Part shown: positions 44,540 to 56,600 of the stretch, in pieces
Layout of the letters: each line of letters starts with the position of its first letter
How positions within the stretch are numbered: the first letter of the stretch is position 1
From: Eledone cirrhosa
Taxonomy: Eukaryota
Length of the DNA: 64,000 nt
NCBI GenBank assembly: GCA_964016885.1
Contig: OZ024754.1
Coordinates: 21,948,001-22,012,000, forward strand
Direction of reading: 5' to 3'
Program-made: the position numbers and the translations under genes
Notes under the pieces: generated by a model
Database searches by the model: none
The model's input: only the letters and a program-made list of their open reading frames with translations
What the model was told of the DNA's origin: nothing

Positions 44540-44617
44540 GTCTGTGGAATGGAACAGTATACCAAGTGATGAGAGAGAAAAGTTGGGTTTGATTTTCAAT
44601 GATGATGGAGAATTTTG
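44540..44617 (+). CDS. CAPN: Calpain exon, CysPc C-terminal part (SVEWNSIPSDEREKLGLIFNDDGEFW)
   Basis: ttgtag acceptor, gtagta donor, phase 2/2, DGEFW motif completed by next exon. Confidence 0.93.
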
Positions 44618-47600
44618 GTAGTATATTTCTCTTGTTGCTTTATTTTTATATTTTATTTTATTTTTATTATTTCAAGGTACATAGTGAAGCAGTTAGGGTG
44701 TTACACTCACACACATAAGGTCATAGGTTCAATTCTTGGATTAGGTAGTGTTGTTCCTATTGCCAGGAACATTAACCAGCAGATCATATCAGCAATGAAA
44801 TGATCAATGGAAACATAGTTTCCTTGATCTGATCTGATAAACAGTTCCTTTCTTCTGGCAGGAATTAAGACTATCAGGTAGTATCAATAATGGAAAGATC
44901 AATAGAAACATTGTTTCCCTTATCTGATCTGATAATCAATACATTGTTTCTTTGGTCCAATCTAATCAGTTCCTTTCTTTTTTAAAACTGGCAGATAGTA
45001 TCAGCAATGAAAAGATCATTAGAAACATCATTTCCTTTGTTTGAACTGATAATTGATACTTTTTCTTTCCTTTTAGTCTTATTGTTTTTGTTTTTCTTTT
45101 TTTTTAAACTATTTCTTCTGTTCCAGGATGAACTTCAATGATTTTAAGGTTCACTTTGACACTTTAAATGTTTGCAATTTGTCTCCTGATGTTCCATTGA
45201 ACATGCCAAGGAATTGGTTTACGGTGGAATTCCATAATAGATGGTATAAAGGTTTCTCTGCTGGAGGGCGGCCGTCTTGTTCCAGTAAGTAGCAAAGTTA
45301 GTTCTTAATATCTTATAATGGTTTTGTAGAAAATAACTAAAAATGGATCTGTTAACTCAAATGCTTATTGTGTCTTTACTAGTGGGCAGATTGTTGAGAA
45401 AATTTGTATTTATTTGTTAGAGTAACATTTTTAATGTGTTGCTGTCAAAGTGTTGTTTTGCTGGTGCTATTTGATGCATTATAACATTGTGACAACCATA
45501 TTATTATACTGTGGTAACAACTGCATAATAATTGCATTATATCACAATAGCAGCTGCATTATATCATTATTTAATAACTGCATTATAATTGCATTATGGT
45601 GGACCAACCTGTATAACTTTGTATCTGATTATTTCCAATATTTTGTTGATCCTGTAGCTACACATTGGAGTAACCCACAATATCGTATGATTCTCAGTGA
45701 TTCTGATGAAGACGATGATACATGCTGCAGTGTCATCTTACAGCTTATACAGAAAGACTGCAGGAGAATCAAGTTGAAGAATCCTTGCTTACAATATATA
45801 GGATTTGTTATTTATAAGGTATTTATACAAACAACAATCATCATCATCATTATTTAATGTCCAGCACCAGTACCAGCTGGGAGTTAGCCCTTCAATGTTC
45901 TGTTCATGGGATAATTTGTAGTCCCAGTTGCTTAACACCAATGAAACCAACCTCCAACCTGATGAGCGTCTGGGCTTGGGACAAACTTTAATCTTTTAAT
46001 CCAATTGTCGGTTACTATGTTCTAAGTTAACAGAATTACGTCCCTTTGAAATTTGTCTTTGTCAGCATTTGAAACAAACGCATACTTCTTTACATAGTCG
46101 GTGGACAGAGTGCAATTTATCAACATCAGCACTACCACTGTACAGTATGGACTGGGTACGTTTTATTGTGACAACACTATTGCCACTTTACAGGGAGGGT
46201 TGACTGGGTATATTTTATCGTGACGCCAGTTCTAGAGAGAGAAGTTCCTCATGTTGAAGCCTTTCCCAGTTTCATCTGTCATTAAACGACTGAGAATATC
46301 TTTCCCTGGATGGAATACTCTTTTCTGCTGTTGATGCTAATACTTGCTTTCATCAGAGATGACTGAAACAACACGAAATGAAATGTCTTGCTCACCACCC
46401 AGTTTGATAATTGAACATATAACCTATGATTATGAGCAGAACACCTTAACCACTAGGTCATGCACCTTTACACCATATATACTGGGTATGGAAAAGAAAT
46501 ACATTTTTAAAATGATATAATAGTGTCGTGTTTCTTCTGTTTTAATCTAATTAATCTTACTAATAATTTTACTATAATTAATTTTAACTCCTTCATTTTA
46601 TTTATTTTATATCAGAACGAGCTCCACCATTCTTTACCGTTGCAATATGAGTTTTTTAAGAAATATTCGAGTGTTGCTAGTGTTGATGCCTTTATGAATG
46701 GTCGTCAGATTGTGAAACGGTTTGCCTTGAAGCCTGGAGAATATATTGTCATCCCCTGTACATATGAAGCCAACTTGGAAGCAAGTTTTCTCATCAGATT
46801 CTTTATGGAAAAACCAAATATTGTGGAGTAAGTTTTCTCATCCTCTTCCACATTTACTGTCCACCTTTCCAACACAAACTTCAGGAAACCAGCCAACTCC
46901 CTGATTGCCTACCAATCAGGGAGGCATACAAGTCAAATAGATTTCATTCTCACAAAGAAACGAGATAGGTGAATGGTCGTAAATATCAAGCCCTTCCTTG
47001 GCAAAGAACATACCTCCCAATATAGATTAGTTATCAATAGCCCTTAGAGTTAAGGCTAGACAGACTAAGAGACAAAAGCCAAAATGATGTGATAGTAAAT
47101 CTTGTCATCTAACCCCATGTCAGATTTGATTGAGCAGACCTAGAATCAAATGTGTTCAAATTGTAATCGTCTCATCTTTGTTACTAAACTGATCAAAACT
47201 GACCATGATTCTTTAGTAAATTAAACCTGTTTATATTTATATAAAAATAATTTAATAAAGAAGCTTTATTAAGTTATGTTCCAAACACCAGCTTACTAAT
47301 GAGAAACTTAGTTATATAAATAAACCATTCTAAATTATTGATTATTTTCAAAATTATTTGATGCTCATAGACAGAGCCTTTGGTTAGAAATATGGTGATG
47401 AAGGATGAAGGCTAGGGTGTAATATGAGGGAAATTTGGCTACTATTTCTAGCAATCCATGTAGCTATGTAGAGGTCACTCTCATAGGCTTAGTAGTAATG
47501 ATGATGATGATACATTGGTATTTCTAATTGAACATGAAATTCTTCATATGTTGTTAGACCAGCAGACAACATCCCTTCCATTGTCAGTCAACCTCCAAAG

Positions 47601-50600
47601 GACTTCATTGATGAGAAAGATACAGAATGTTTTAAGGAACATTTCTATCGGCTATCTGGTGAGGTAAATATTTTACTTCATTCTGTTCTAACAATTTAAA
47701 ACTCATTTCAGCATGTTTACTGCGTGGTAAGAATGTTGGACTTACGATCATAATGTCGTAGGTTCGATTCCTGGGCTGGGTTGTGTGTTGTGTTCTTGAG
47801 CTAAACACTTCATTTCATTTTGCTCCAGTATACTCAGCTGAAAATGAGTACCATCAATAGCTGGGAGTTTAACCCTGTGATGGACTGGTGTCCTATCCAG
47901 AGGCGAGTCTTGTACTTTCAGTCACTTCATGCCACAGAAACAGGGACAAGCACCTGCCTGATGGGCCTCCGGGCTTGAGACAGACTTTAACCCTGTGATG
48001 GACTGACATCGTGTCCAGGAGTAGTCTTGTACTCTCAGTCGCTTCATGCCATGGAAACCGGGATAAGCACTGACTTGATGAGCCTCCAGGCTCAAGACCG
48101 ACTTTAGACTTTTATAGAGACTGCTGTGATTCCTTGTCTATAACATTCAGTTCCTCTCCAGGTTGATTTAAACTTTGTCAGATGTGGTAATATTTGACCA
48201 GGTATTACAGGGTACAACTAAATTTGTGTCTCACTTATTTATACAGAAATAAGTCTTTAAATGTTGATATATTCTCAACTTCCATATTATCTCCTGATTT
48301 TCTTTTGTTTGTACCCACACTTGTGTGTATGTGTGTTTATGTGTATATATTTATGTGTATGTATGTATGTGTGTGTGTGTGTATGGATGTGTGTGTGTGT
48401 GTATGTATGTGCATATGTATGTGTGTATGTATGTGGTTGTGTGTGTGTCTACATGTATGTGATTGTGTGTGGTGATGGCAGCAGCTTTGGAATAGTGAAT
48501 TGATTCCTATATTTCTTCTAATACTTCCAGGATATGGAAATTGACTCCTTTGAATTACAGAACATCTTGGATGAAGAATTTAAACATGGTTGGTCAGGCT
48601 TTCAGTTTCTAATTTTTTTCTCCATATTTGTTCTCTCTGAATTTGCGTATCTATCAAACCTGTCCTAGTTTAACCTGTAGACTGCCCTGTATATATCACA
48701 CACCTACAGTTTCTGTGCTGGTTTTTTTTCAGTAAAATGACTATTTTTTTAAACAAACATTTATTAACAACACATCAATAAAGTAGTAATCCCATCTAGC
48801 TTTGAGGTTATGAACTGTTGGAAAATAGTTCAAACATGTTAGGACGAGTTATCTCATCTACTTAAAGAAATGAAGGTTTGAGAGGTCACTTTAGCTCAGC
48901 TAAGGAAATACAACCTCTCTAGTGCTGGTGCCATGATAAAATGCAGGAAGGCACCCAGCTGTAAAAACGATGCATGTAAAATAAACATAAAAAGATCTTT
49001 TATATCCTGATTAAGGTGTTTGTGTCATGATGATATGATCATGAGTTCAATCCCTAGTCTATGCAGCCTTTTTGTATCCTTGACCATTGCTCTTCATTTC
49101 ATATGACTTCAAACCACTCAGCTGAAAATGAATGCCATCAGCAGTTGTGTGTTGTTCTTTCGGTTCTGAAAACCACTTGAAACTGGGATAAATTTAAGCT
49201 TGATGAGCCTCTATGCTCAAGGAAGATTAACTTTTCTAATTATATAAAATACTAGATGAAAGCGACATCGTCATCTTCCTCCTTCTGTCACACACACACA
49301 CTCTCTCAATGATGCTCCTTTTCTCTCTCTATCTATGTACATCTCTTTCACTTATTGCTCCCCCTCTCTCTATACAGATGAGGACGAAGTCATAACTTTC
49401 TGTCTATCTTCCTCTTTCTGTCACCTCAAAAACACACAGCATTCCCTCCCCCCTCTCTATCTATGTACATATCTCTTGCTTGGTGCTCCCCCTCTCTATC
49501 TATGTACATATCTCTTGCTTGGTGCTCCCCCTCTCTATCTATGTACATATCTCTTGCTTGGTGCTCCCCCTCTCTATCTATGTACATATCTCTTGCTTGG
49601 TGCTCCCCCTCTCTATCTATGTACATATCTCTTGCTTGGTGCTCCCCCTCTCTATCTATGTACATATCTCTTGCTTGGCACTCCCTCTCTCTATCTATGT
49701 ACATATCTCTTGCTTGGTGCTCCCCCTCTCTATATATGTACATATCTCTTGCTTGGCGCTCCCCCTCTCTATATATGTACATATCTCTCACTTGGCGCTC
49801 CCCCTCTCTATATATGTACATACCTCTCACTTGGCGCTCCCCCTCTCTATATATGTACATACCTCGCACTTGGCGCTCCCCCTCTCTATATGTACATACC
49901 TCTCACTTGGCGCTCCCCCTCTCTATATGTACATACCTCTCACTTAGCACTCCCCCTCTCTATCTATGTACATACCTCTCACTTGGCACTCCCTCTCTCT
50001 ATCTATGTACATATCTCTCACTTGGCGCTCCCCCTCTCTATATATGTACATATCTCTCACTTGGCGCTCCCCCTCTCTATCTATGTACATACCTCTCACT
50101 TGGCGCTCACCCTCTCTATCTATGTACATATCTCTCACTTGGCGCTCCCCCTCTCTATCTATGTACATATCTCTCACTTGGCGCTCTCCCTCTCTATATA
50201 TGTACATATCTCTCACTTGGCGCTCCCCCTCTCTCTCTATGTACATGTTTCTTGCTTGGCGCTCCCCCTCTCTATATATGTACATACCTCTCACTTGGCG
50301 CTCTCCCTCTCTATATATGTACATATCTCTCACTTGGCGCTCCCCTTCTCTATCTATGTACATATCTCTTGCTTGGCGCTCCCCATCTCTATCTATGTAC
50401 ATATCTCTCACTTGGCGCTCTCCCTCTCTATATATGTACATATCTCTCACTTGGCGCTCCCCCTCTCTCTCTATGTACATGTTTCTTGCTTGGCGCTCCC
50501 CCTCTCTATATATGTACATACCTCTCACTTGGCGCTCTCCCTCTCTATATATGTACATATCTCTCACTTGGCGCTCCCCTTCTCTATCTATGTACATATC

Positions 50601-53600
50601 TCTTGCTTGGTGCTCCCCCTCTCTATCTATGTACATATCTCTTGCTTGGCACTCCCTCTCTCTATCTATGTACATATCTCTTGCTTGGTGCTCCCCCTCT
50701 CTATCTATGTACATATCTCTTGCTTGGTGCTCCCCCTCTCTATCTATGTACATATCTCTTGCTTGGTGCTCCCCCTCTCTATCTATGTACATATCTCTTG
50801 CTTGGTGCTCCCCCTCTCTATCTATGTACATATCTCTTGCTTGGCACTCCCTCTCTCTATCTATGTACATATCTCTTGCTTGGTGCTCCCCCTCTCTATA
50901 TATGTACATATCTCTTGCTTGGCGCTCCCCCTCTCTATATATGTACATATCTCTCACTTGGCGCTCCCCCTCTCTATATATGTACATACCTCTCACTTGG
51001 CGCTCCCCCTCTCTATATATGTACATACCTCTCACTTGGCGCTCCCCCTCTCTATATGTACATACCTCTCACTTGGCGCTCCCCCTCTCTATATGTACAT
51101 ACCTCTCACTTAGCACTCCCCCTCTCTATCTATGTACATACCTCTCACTTGGCACTCCCTCTCTCTATCTATGTACATATCTCTCACTTGGCGCTCCCCC
51201 TCTCTATATATGTACATATCTCTCACTTGGCGCTCCCCCTCTCTATCTATGTACATACCTCTCACTTGGCGCTCACCCTCTCTATCTATGTACATATCTC
51301 TCACTTGGCGCTCCCCCTCTCTATCTATGTACATATCTCTCACTTGGCGCTCTCCCTCTCTATATATGTACATATCTCTCACTTGGCGCTCCCCCTCTCT
51401 CTCTATGTACATGTTTCTTGCTTGGCGCTCCCCCTCTCTATATATGTACATACCTCTCACTTGGCGCTCTCCCTCTCTATATATGTACATATCTCTCACT
51501 TGGCGCTCCCCTTCTCTATCTATGTACATATCTCTTGCTTGGCGCTCCCCCTCTCTATCTATGTACATATCTCTCACTTGGCGCTCTCCCTCTCTATATA
51601 TGTACATATCTCTCACTTGGCGCTCCCCCTCTCTCTCTATGTACATGTTTCTTGCTTGGCGCTCCCCCTCTCTATATAACGTGAGCATAACAGGCGGGCA
51701 GACGGACAGCACTCTTATTATAATATTGAAAGGGCTGAGGTCAGACACCTTTCTCTCCGGCCAACAACTGGTCCTTTTTTTCAAGTACCACTTTAGAAGA
51801 AGGATCAGAATGGAGAGAGAGGTGCTCTACCCCAGCAAGTTTTATGAAAGGTGGGTGAAAGTAGCGAGAATGGCCTGAGTGAATGGGCCTTCTCTCTATA
51901 TCAGCCTGTAGTTGAGAGAGGAGAAGAATGAGAAGAAGAAGGAAGCACCCGCTCTTTGTGCTCCTGAAGAGGAGGCTTGCACATGTTTTCGGGGGTGTGT
52001 GCGACCCATGTCAACGCCCTTCTCTATTGAGGACATCGATTGTTAAATTTAATTTGTTATATGTTTTTTTACACGTCTTTTAAATGTATGTAAACTCCCC
52101 CCTTTGTATTTGTCCCAATCTTTGATGCCCTGGTGGCAAATAAATAGAAATTACTCTTATTATAATATAGATTATAAAGTAGTTGATATTAGGAAGAGTT
52201 TTGGAACACAGAAACCAAGAAAGGTTTGAGAGCCACATCCAGTGATGATGCAAGTCTTTTTCTAGTACTGGTGTCATGAAAAATGTGGTTAATACACATG
52301 TATTGGTGTTAAGAAGGGCTTCCAACTGGAGAAACCATACTAAAAAGGGTTGAACGGGCTCTCCATTCATAACACAACAACCTCTCTAGTGTAAGTTATC
52401 ACAAAAAAGATGCACCCATGACTCTCTGTAAGATGATTAGGGAAATAAATGGCATCTGGCTGTAGAAACCATGCCAAAAAAGGGTTGGAAGGTCTTTTCA
52501 ACTGTCCAAAACCTGACAACTCCCTCTAATGTTGGTGCCATAATAAAATGCACCCAGTATACTCTGTAATTCTTTATGTATTACATTTCCATTGTATTGT
52601 TTTTGTTTGTTTTGATTATTTAAAACTGTATATTTCAGATGTCCCTTATCAGTATACTGGCTTGGAGACATGCAAAAATTTTGTCTTTCTCATGGATGTA
52701 TCCTTTAATCCTATTATCATATTTCTTATAAAAGACATTGCCAATATTTTTCAAATCATTTTGAATATAATCAAGTATTTGGAAGTAATATAACTAATTT
52801 TCTCATTATTAAGTTGGTATTTAAAAAATAACTTAACAAAGGTTCTTACTTAAAATTAGGATGAAATGTTTTTAGATAAATATAAACACTTTAACCCTTT
52901 CCTTACCATATTTCTAATGAAAGACAATTTTGAAATGAAGCGTGCCATTCAGAAATCCAAACAGGCCGCAGTGTGCCCACGACTGCACTAACCTCTCAGC
53001 TATTTGGCTGGCTTATGATTACAACTTTACAATACGACTGTTTATGCCATATTTCAAATATCAATTTCTTTAACTCTTTCTCTCAGACAAATAATTCTGG
53101 AAAGATTGGTTTTTCAGAATTCCTTATTTTATGGAGTTATATTCTTGCATGGAGGGTAAATATTCCTGTCCTGTATTTTAATGCATTTCTGTTTATTTTA
53201 TAATTTTTTCTTTTTTTTCATTGTTATTTAAATCAGAATCAAATCGTGGGGTAGACTCCAAGCAAGATAATATCTATGGGCTTGGCTGGTCTCACTTGGG
53301 AATCCACCTGGATCAGTTGGAGACTGTCTGACAGGACCCACTGGAAGGAGTGTTTGAGTATTCCGCACCCTCTCAGGAATAGGTGGATGAAGAAGAAGAA
53401 GAGTCGAAAGGACTCTTCAGTTGTGTGAGAAACATGACAACCTCCCTAGTGTTGGTGATCTAGATGATAAACACACCCATTAAGGTGGTTGGTGATAGAA
53501 AGGGTGTAGAAAACCTGCCAAACAAAGGTTCTGAAGGATTCGTCATTTATTTTTCCATTCTAGTTTAACTCTTAACATCCTATACCACATGATACCACAT

Positions 53601-56600
53601 TAGCAAAGCATTTTTGAAATAAAACAAAACAGCACTATGACAGCATCTCATTAAAAATTAAAATCTATTATTTAGTTTACTCTATATTTCCATCATGGTC
53701 TATCCACAAGTAAAGATACTATAAACATTTGAATTAACAAACAATATGAAACTGTATTAACAAGACATTCTTGAAAAGTACAAATGTAAAACTATGACTG
53801 CATCACATTAGAATACTGCAAATTTTCACAATGATCTGTCCACTTATATTATAAACATTTGAATTAACAAACTTGTTTTTAGATATTTTCTGATAAATCA
53901 TTATCTGAGTTAAGTTGGGTGGCTCTTTTGCTAGTTTCATTGGAACAGTGAAACTAGTAGAATTTGTTGCCTATCTCAACACCACACATGTGTAATTTTT
54001 GTATATTTGTGGTACACAGAAATAGTTCTTTATTCATCATCATCATTATTGTTTAACGTCCATTTTCCATGCTAGTCATTCTTATCTTTCATTTCTATTA
54101 AAAGAGAATCTTCCAAACATTTGATGCCCAAAAAACTGGTTCACTGGATTCATTTGAGCTGCAACGTGCAATCACAGCCACTGGTAAGTTCTCATAGTTG
54201 CTATCTTGCATGCTTTGTTGTAGATATACGAGTGGGGGGTGGGGGTGCTGAATAAATATAAAACCCAACCAAGAAAGGAATAATCAACAAAACGTTCCTC
54301 TTAAGTGACTACGTTGGTTTATATTTGTCAAGCTTGACATGAAGAATGCCTTCAACTGCATATGCCGGGACTATCTGCTTAATGCCTACCTCAGCCAAGC
54401 CCCCTCCGCCTACCTGCTGGCCTACTTGTCATATGGAACCCGAGCATGCTGACACGGTCATACCTTCGGCCACTGGAGTCCAACAGGGCAACCCTCTGGG
54501 CCCCCTCTTGTTCTCCCTTGGTATAGACCACATTGCCCGGAGTATCAGGGCCCCTCTCAACGTTTGGTACCTGGATGATGCTACGTTGGGCGGGCCCATA
54601 CGGACGGTCTGCCATGACCTTCAATCGGTGGTTGCTGCCCTGGCGGGAATCGGCCTCCAGGTCAACTCGTCCAAGTCGGAAGTGGTGAATGTCAGCCACG
54701 ATGCTGAGAGCTTTGCAGCCTCCGTCTCAGATGTGCGGTCCATTCTCCACCAGGTTCAGGTGACCCCCAAAGAGGATGTCCTCATCCTCGGGTCACCGAT
54801 CCACCCGCCGGCCTCCGCTCCACCATCAGGTCTAGGCTCCAACAACTCCAGACCCTCACGAGCCGACTGGGCTTGATCGACGGTCACCCAGCTCTCTTTC
54901 TGTTGAGGAACTGCTTCACCTATGCCGAAGCTCCTCTATACCCTTCGCAGCGCTCCGTGCTACACCCACACATCTCTCCTCGCTGACCTAGATACTTGTA
55001 TCTAAGCAGCAACCAAGGAGATATGCAACATCAAGTTTGACGACATTGGATGGCAACAGGTATGACGGCCTTGGCCTCCAGTCCCTGATCTCACTGGCTT
55101 TGCCGGCGTTTCTTTCATCGGTAACCTCATGCCGCGCCCTTGTCAGCAGGGTTCTCCAAAACAGAATAGAACCCTCTGTGTTCAGGGAACGTGAGGCCGC
55201 CTGTGAGACGTGGGACAGGCTGGGACTTAGCCCGATAGACGTCCCTCCTCCTTCTCCCCCGGCTGACGTCAAGTCCCCCCTAAGCGTATGGGATGCTATC
55301 CAGTACAGCTTGGTCTCAGGCATGCTCACGCGCCAGCTCGACCAGCACCACTTTACCTGTTTGTGCGTGGCCTCCAAACCCCACAGTGGTGCCTGGCTCT
55401 ATGCCCTGCCCTTCTTCTCCACTGGCACGCAGCAACACAACAATAGCCTATGCAGCGGCGTTTCCTTGAGGCTCGGCCTCCGGATCTGTGAGCCACATAA
55501 ATGTCACTTTGGATCCACCGTGGACTCATTCGGACTCCACCCGCTTTCCTGTCGCCACAGTGCCAGCCGCCATCCATGCCGTGCTGCCCTCAACGAGGTC
55601 ATAAAGCATGGCTTGGACGCTGCAGGCTTCCTCTCCCAGCTCGAGCCGGTGGGGCTGGACTGAGGAGACGGCAAAGGGTATGACCATCTTCCCGTTCTGC
55701 AATGGCAAACCCCTCGTCTGGGATGCCACTTGCAGCGACACCTTCTCCAGCCGCAACCTGGTGCAGTCTGTGACTAAACCAGGTTCTGCTGCATGTCGGG
55801 CTGAGGAGGCCAAACTCTCCAAGTACCGGTCGCTCTCCAACAGGTTCGCGGTCATGCCCTTGGCAGTGAAGACTAGTGTGTCCTTGGCCCTAGGGCTACC
55901 TCCCTACTCACCACTATAGGCACTGAGCTAGACAGCCGCAGGTGTGAGCCTCGTGAGTTGGAATGGCTCTTCCAGCGCATCTCCCTTACCATCCTCCGGG
56001 GAAAGGCCTTCTCTATTCTGTCTGCTGGGGCTGTGGGGAGGCCAGCACGTTGGACCCCATTTGCTCACCATACGCATTAATAGGCAAAGTCCATATTATT
56101 ATTATAAAGCGAATCGTTATTTATGAATATATACTAGATCATTTTCAACATATAGAAGGAATATGTGTTCACGGATCCATCAATTCAACATTAAGTGCGA
56201 AAATCGTTCAATGACGTAATTACCTGTTTTTTCCCATTTATTGCCAGGCAACGTCTTCACGAACCAAAGTATCGTCTTCCTGTTTTCCTTCAACTATTAT
56301 GATTTTGCACAGTTTGCAATTTGATTAAAGTTAATTTTTGCCTGGTGACTTTCTAAGTAAACTTCAATTAACCTGTTTATTTTTTGTTGTTCTTTTCTGT
56401 GGTAGGTTATAAAATGAGTTCCAACATCCATCGTATACTTTGCTTCCGTTACGTAGACAAAGACTGGACCATTAACATGAATAATTTCCTCCTCTGTGTT
56501 ACTAACTTAATGAAACATTTCAGTAAGTACCTTTATCTCTTACTCTCTCTGTTAAACTACTTTCTACTATTACTATTTCTTTGTTAAGCTACCTTGTGTA

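Larger units (their letters stand above)
49252..52171 (-). mobile_element. Non-autonomous Helitron with internal 39-bp tandem array
   Basis: Minus strand starts A|TCTATATTATAATAAGAGT (52171), continues GCTGTCCGTCTG once the nested insert is removed, and ends GACGATGTCGCTTTCATCTAG|T (49252): 5'-TC, 3'-CTAG, AT target, no TSD. Confidence 0.78.

Noticed and set aside
44311-44592. His-rich 93-aa ORF
   Set aside because: Satellite edge plus (CAT)n; overlaps the real exon in the wrong frame.
45450-46831. 135-aa and 102-aa ORFs as standalone genes
   Set aside because: They are calpain exons extended into intronic sequence.
46783-46842. AAGTTTTCTCATC repeated in the exon and just after its donor (possible GC donor at 46781)
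   Set aside because: Using it would remove conserved FLIRFF residues and change the phase; likely chance.
45958-48100. CTGATGAG/CTGATGGG words as further hammerheads
   Set aside because: Part of the SINE 3' module; no correctly placed GAAA or closing stems.
49452-51677. Common origin of the 39-bp unit (reverse GAGGTATGTACATATAT) and the 26-bp satellite (GAGGTATGTTATATAT)
   Set aside because: Match is short and low-complexity; the remaining sequence does not align.
49335-51878. Very long ORFs (up to 738 aa) in several frames
   Set aside because: A stop-free 39-bp unit opens all frames; intronic and inside a Helitron.
54226-54320. Mariner-like terminal repeat (tacgag...gggggtgctgaa) hosting the CRE element
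   Set aside because: No convincing matching inverted end found after 56106.
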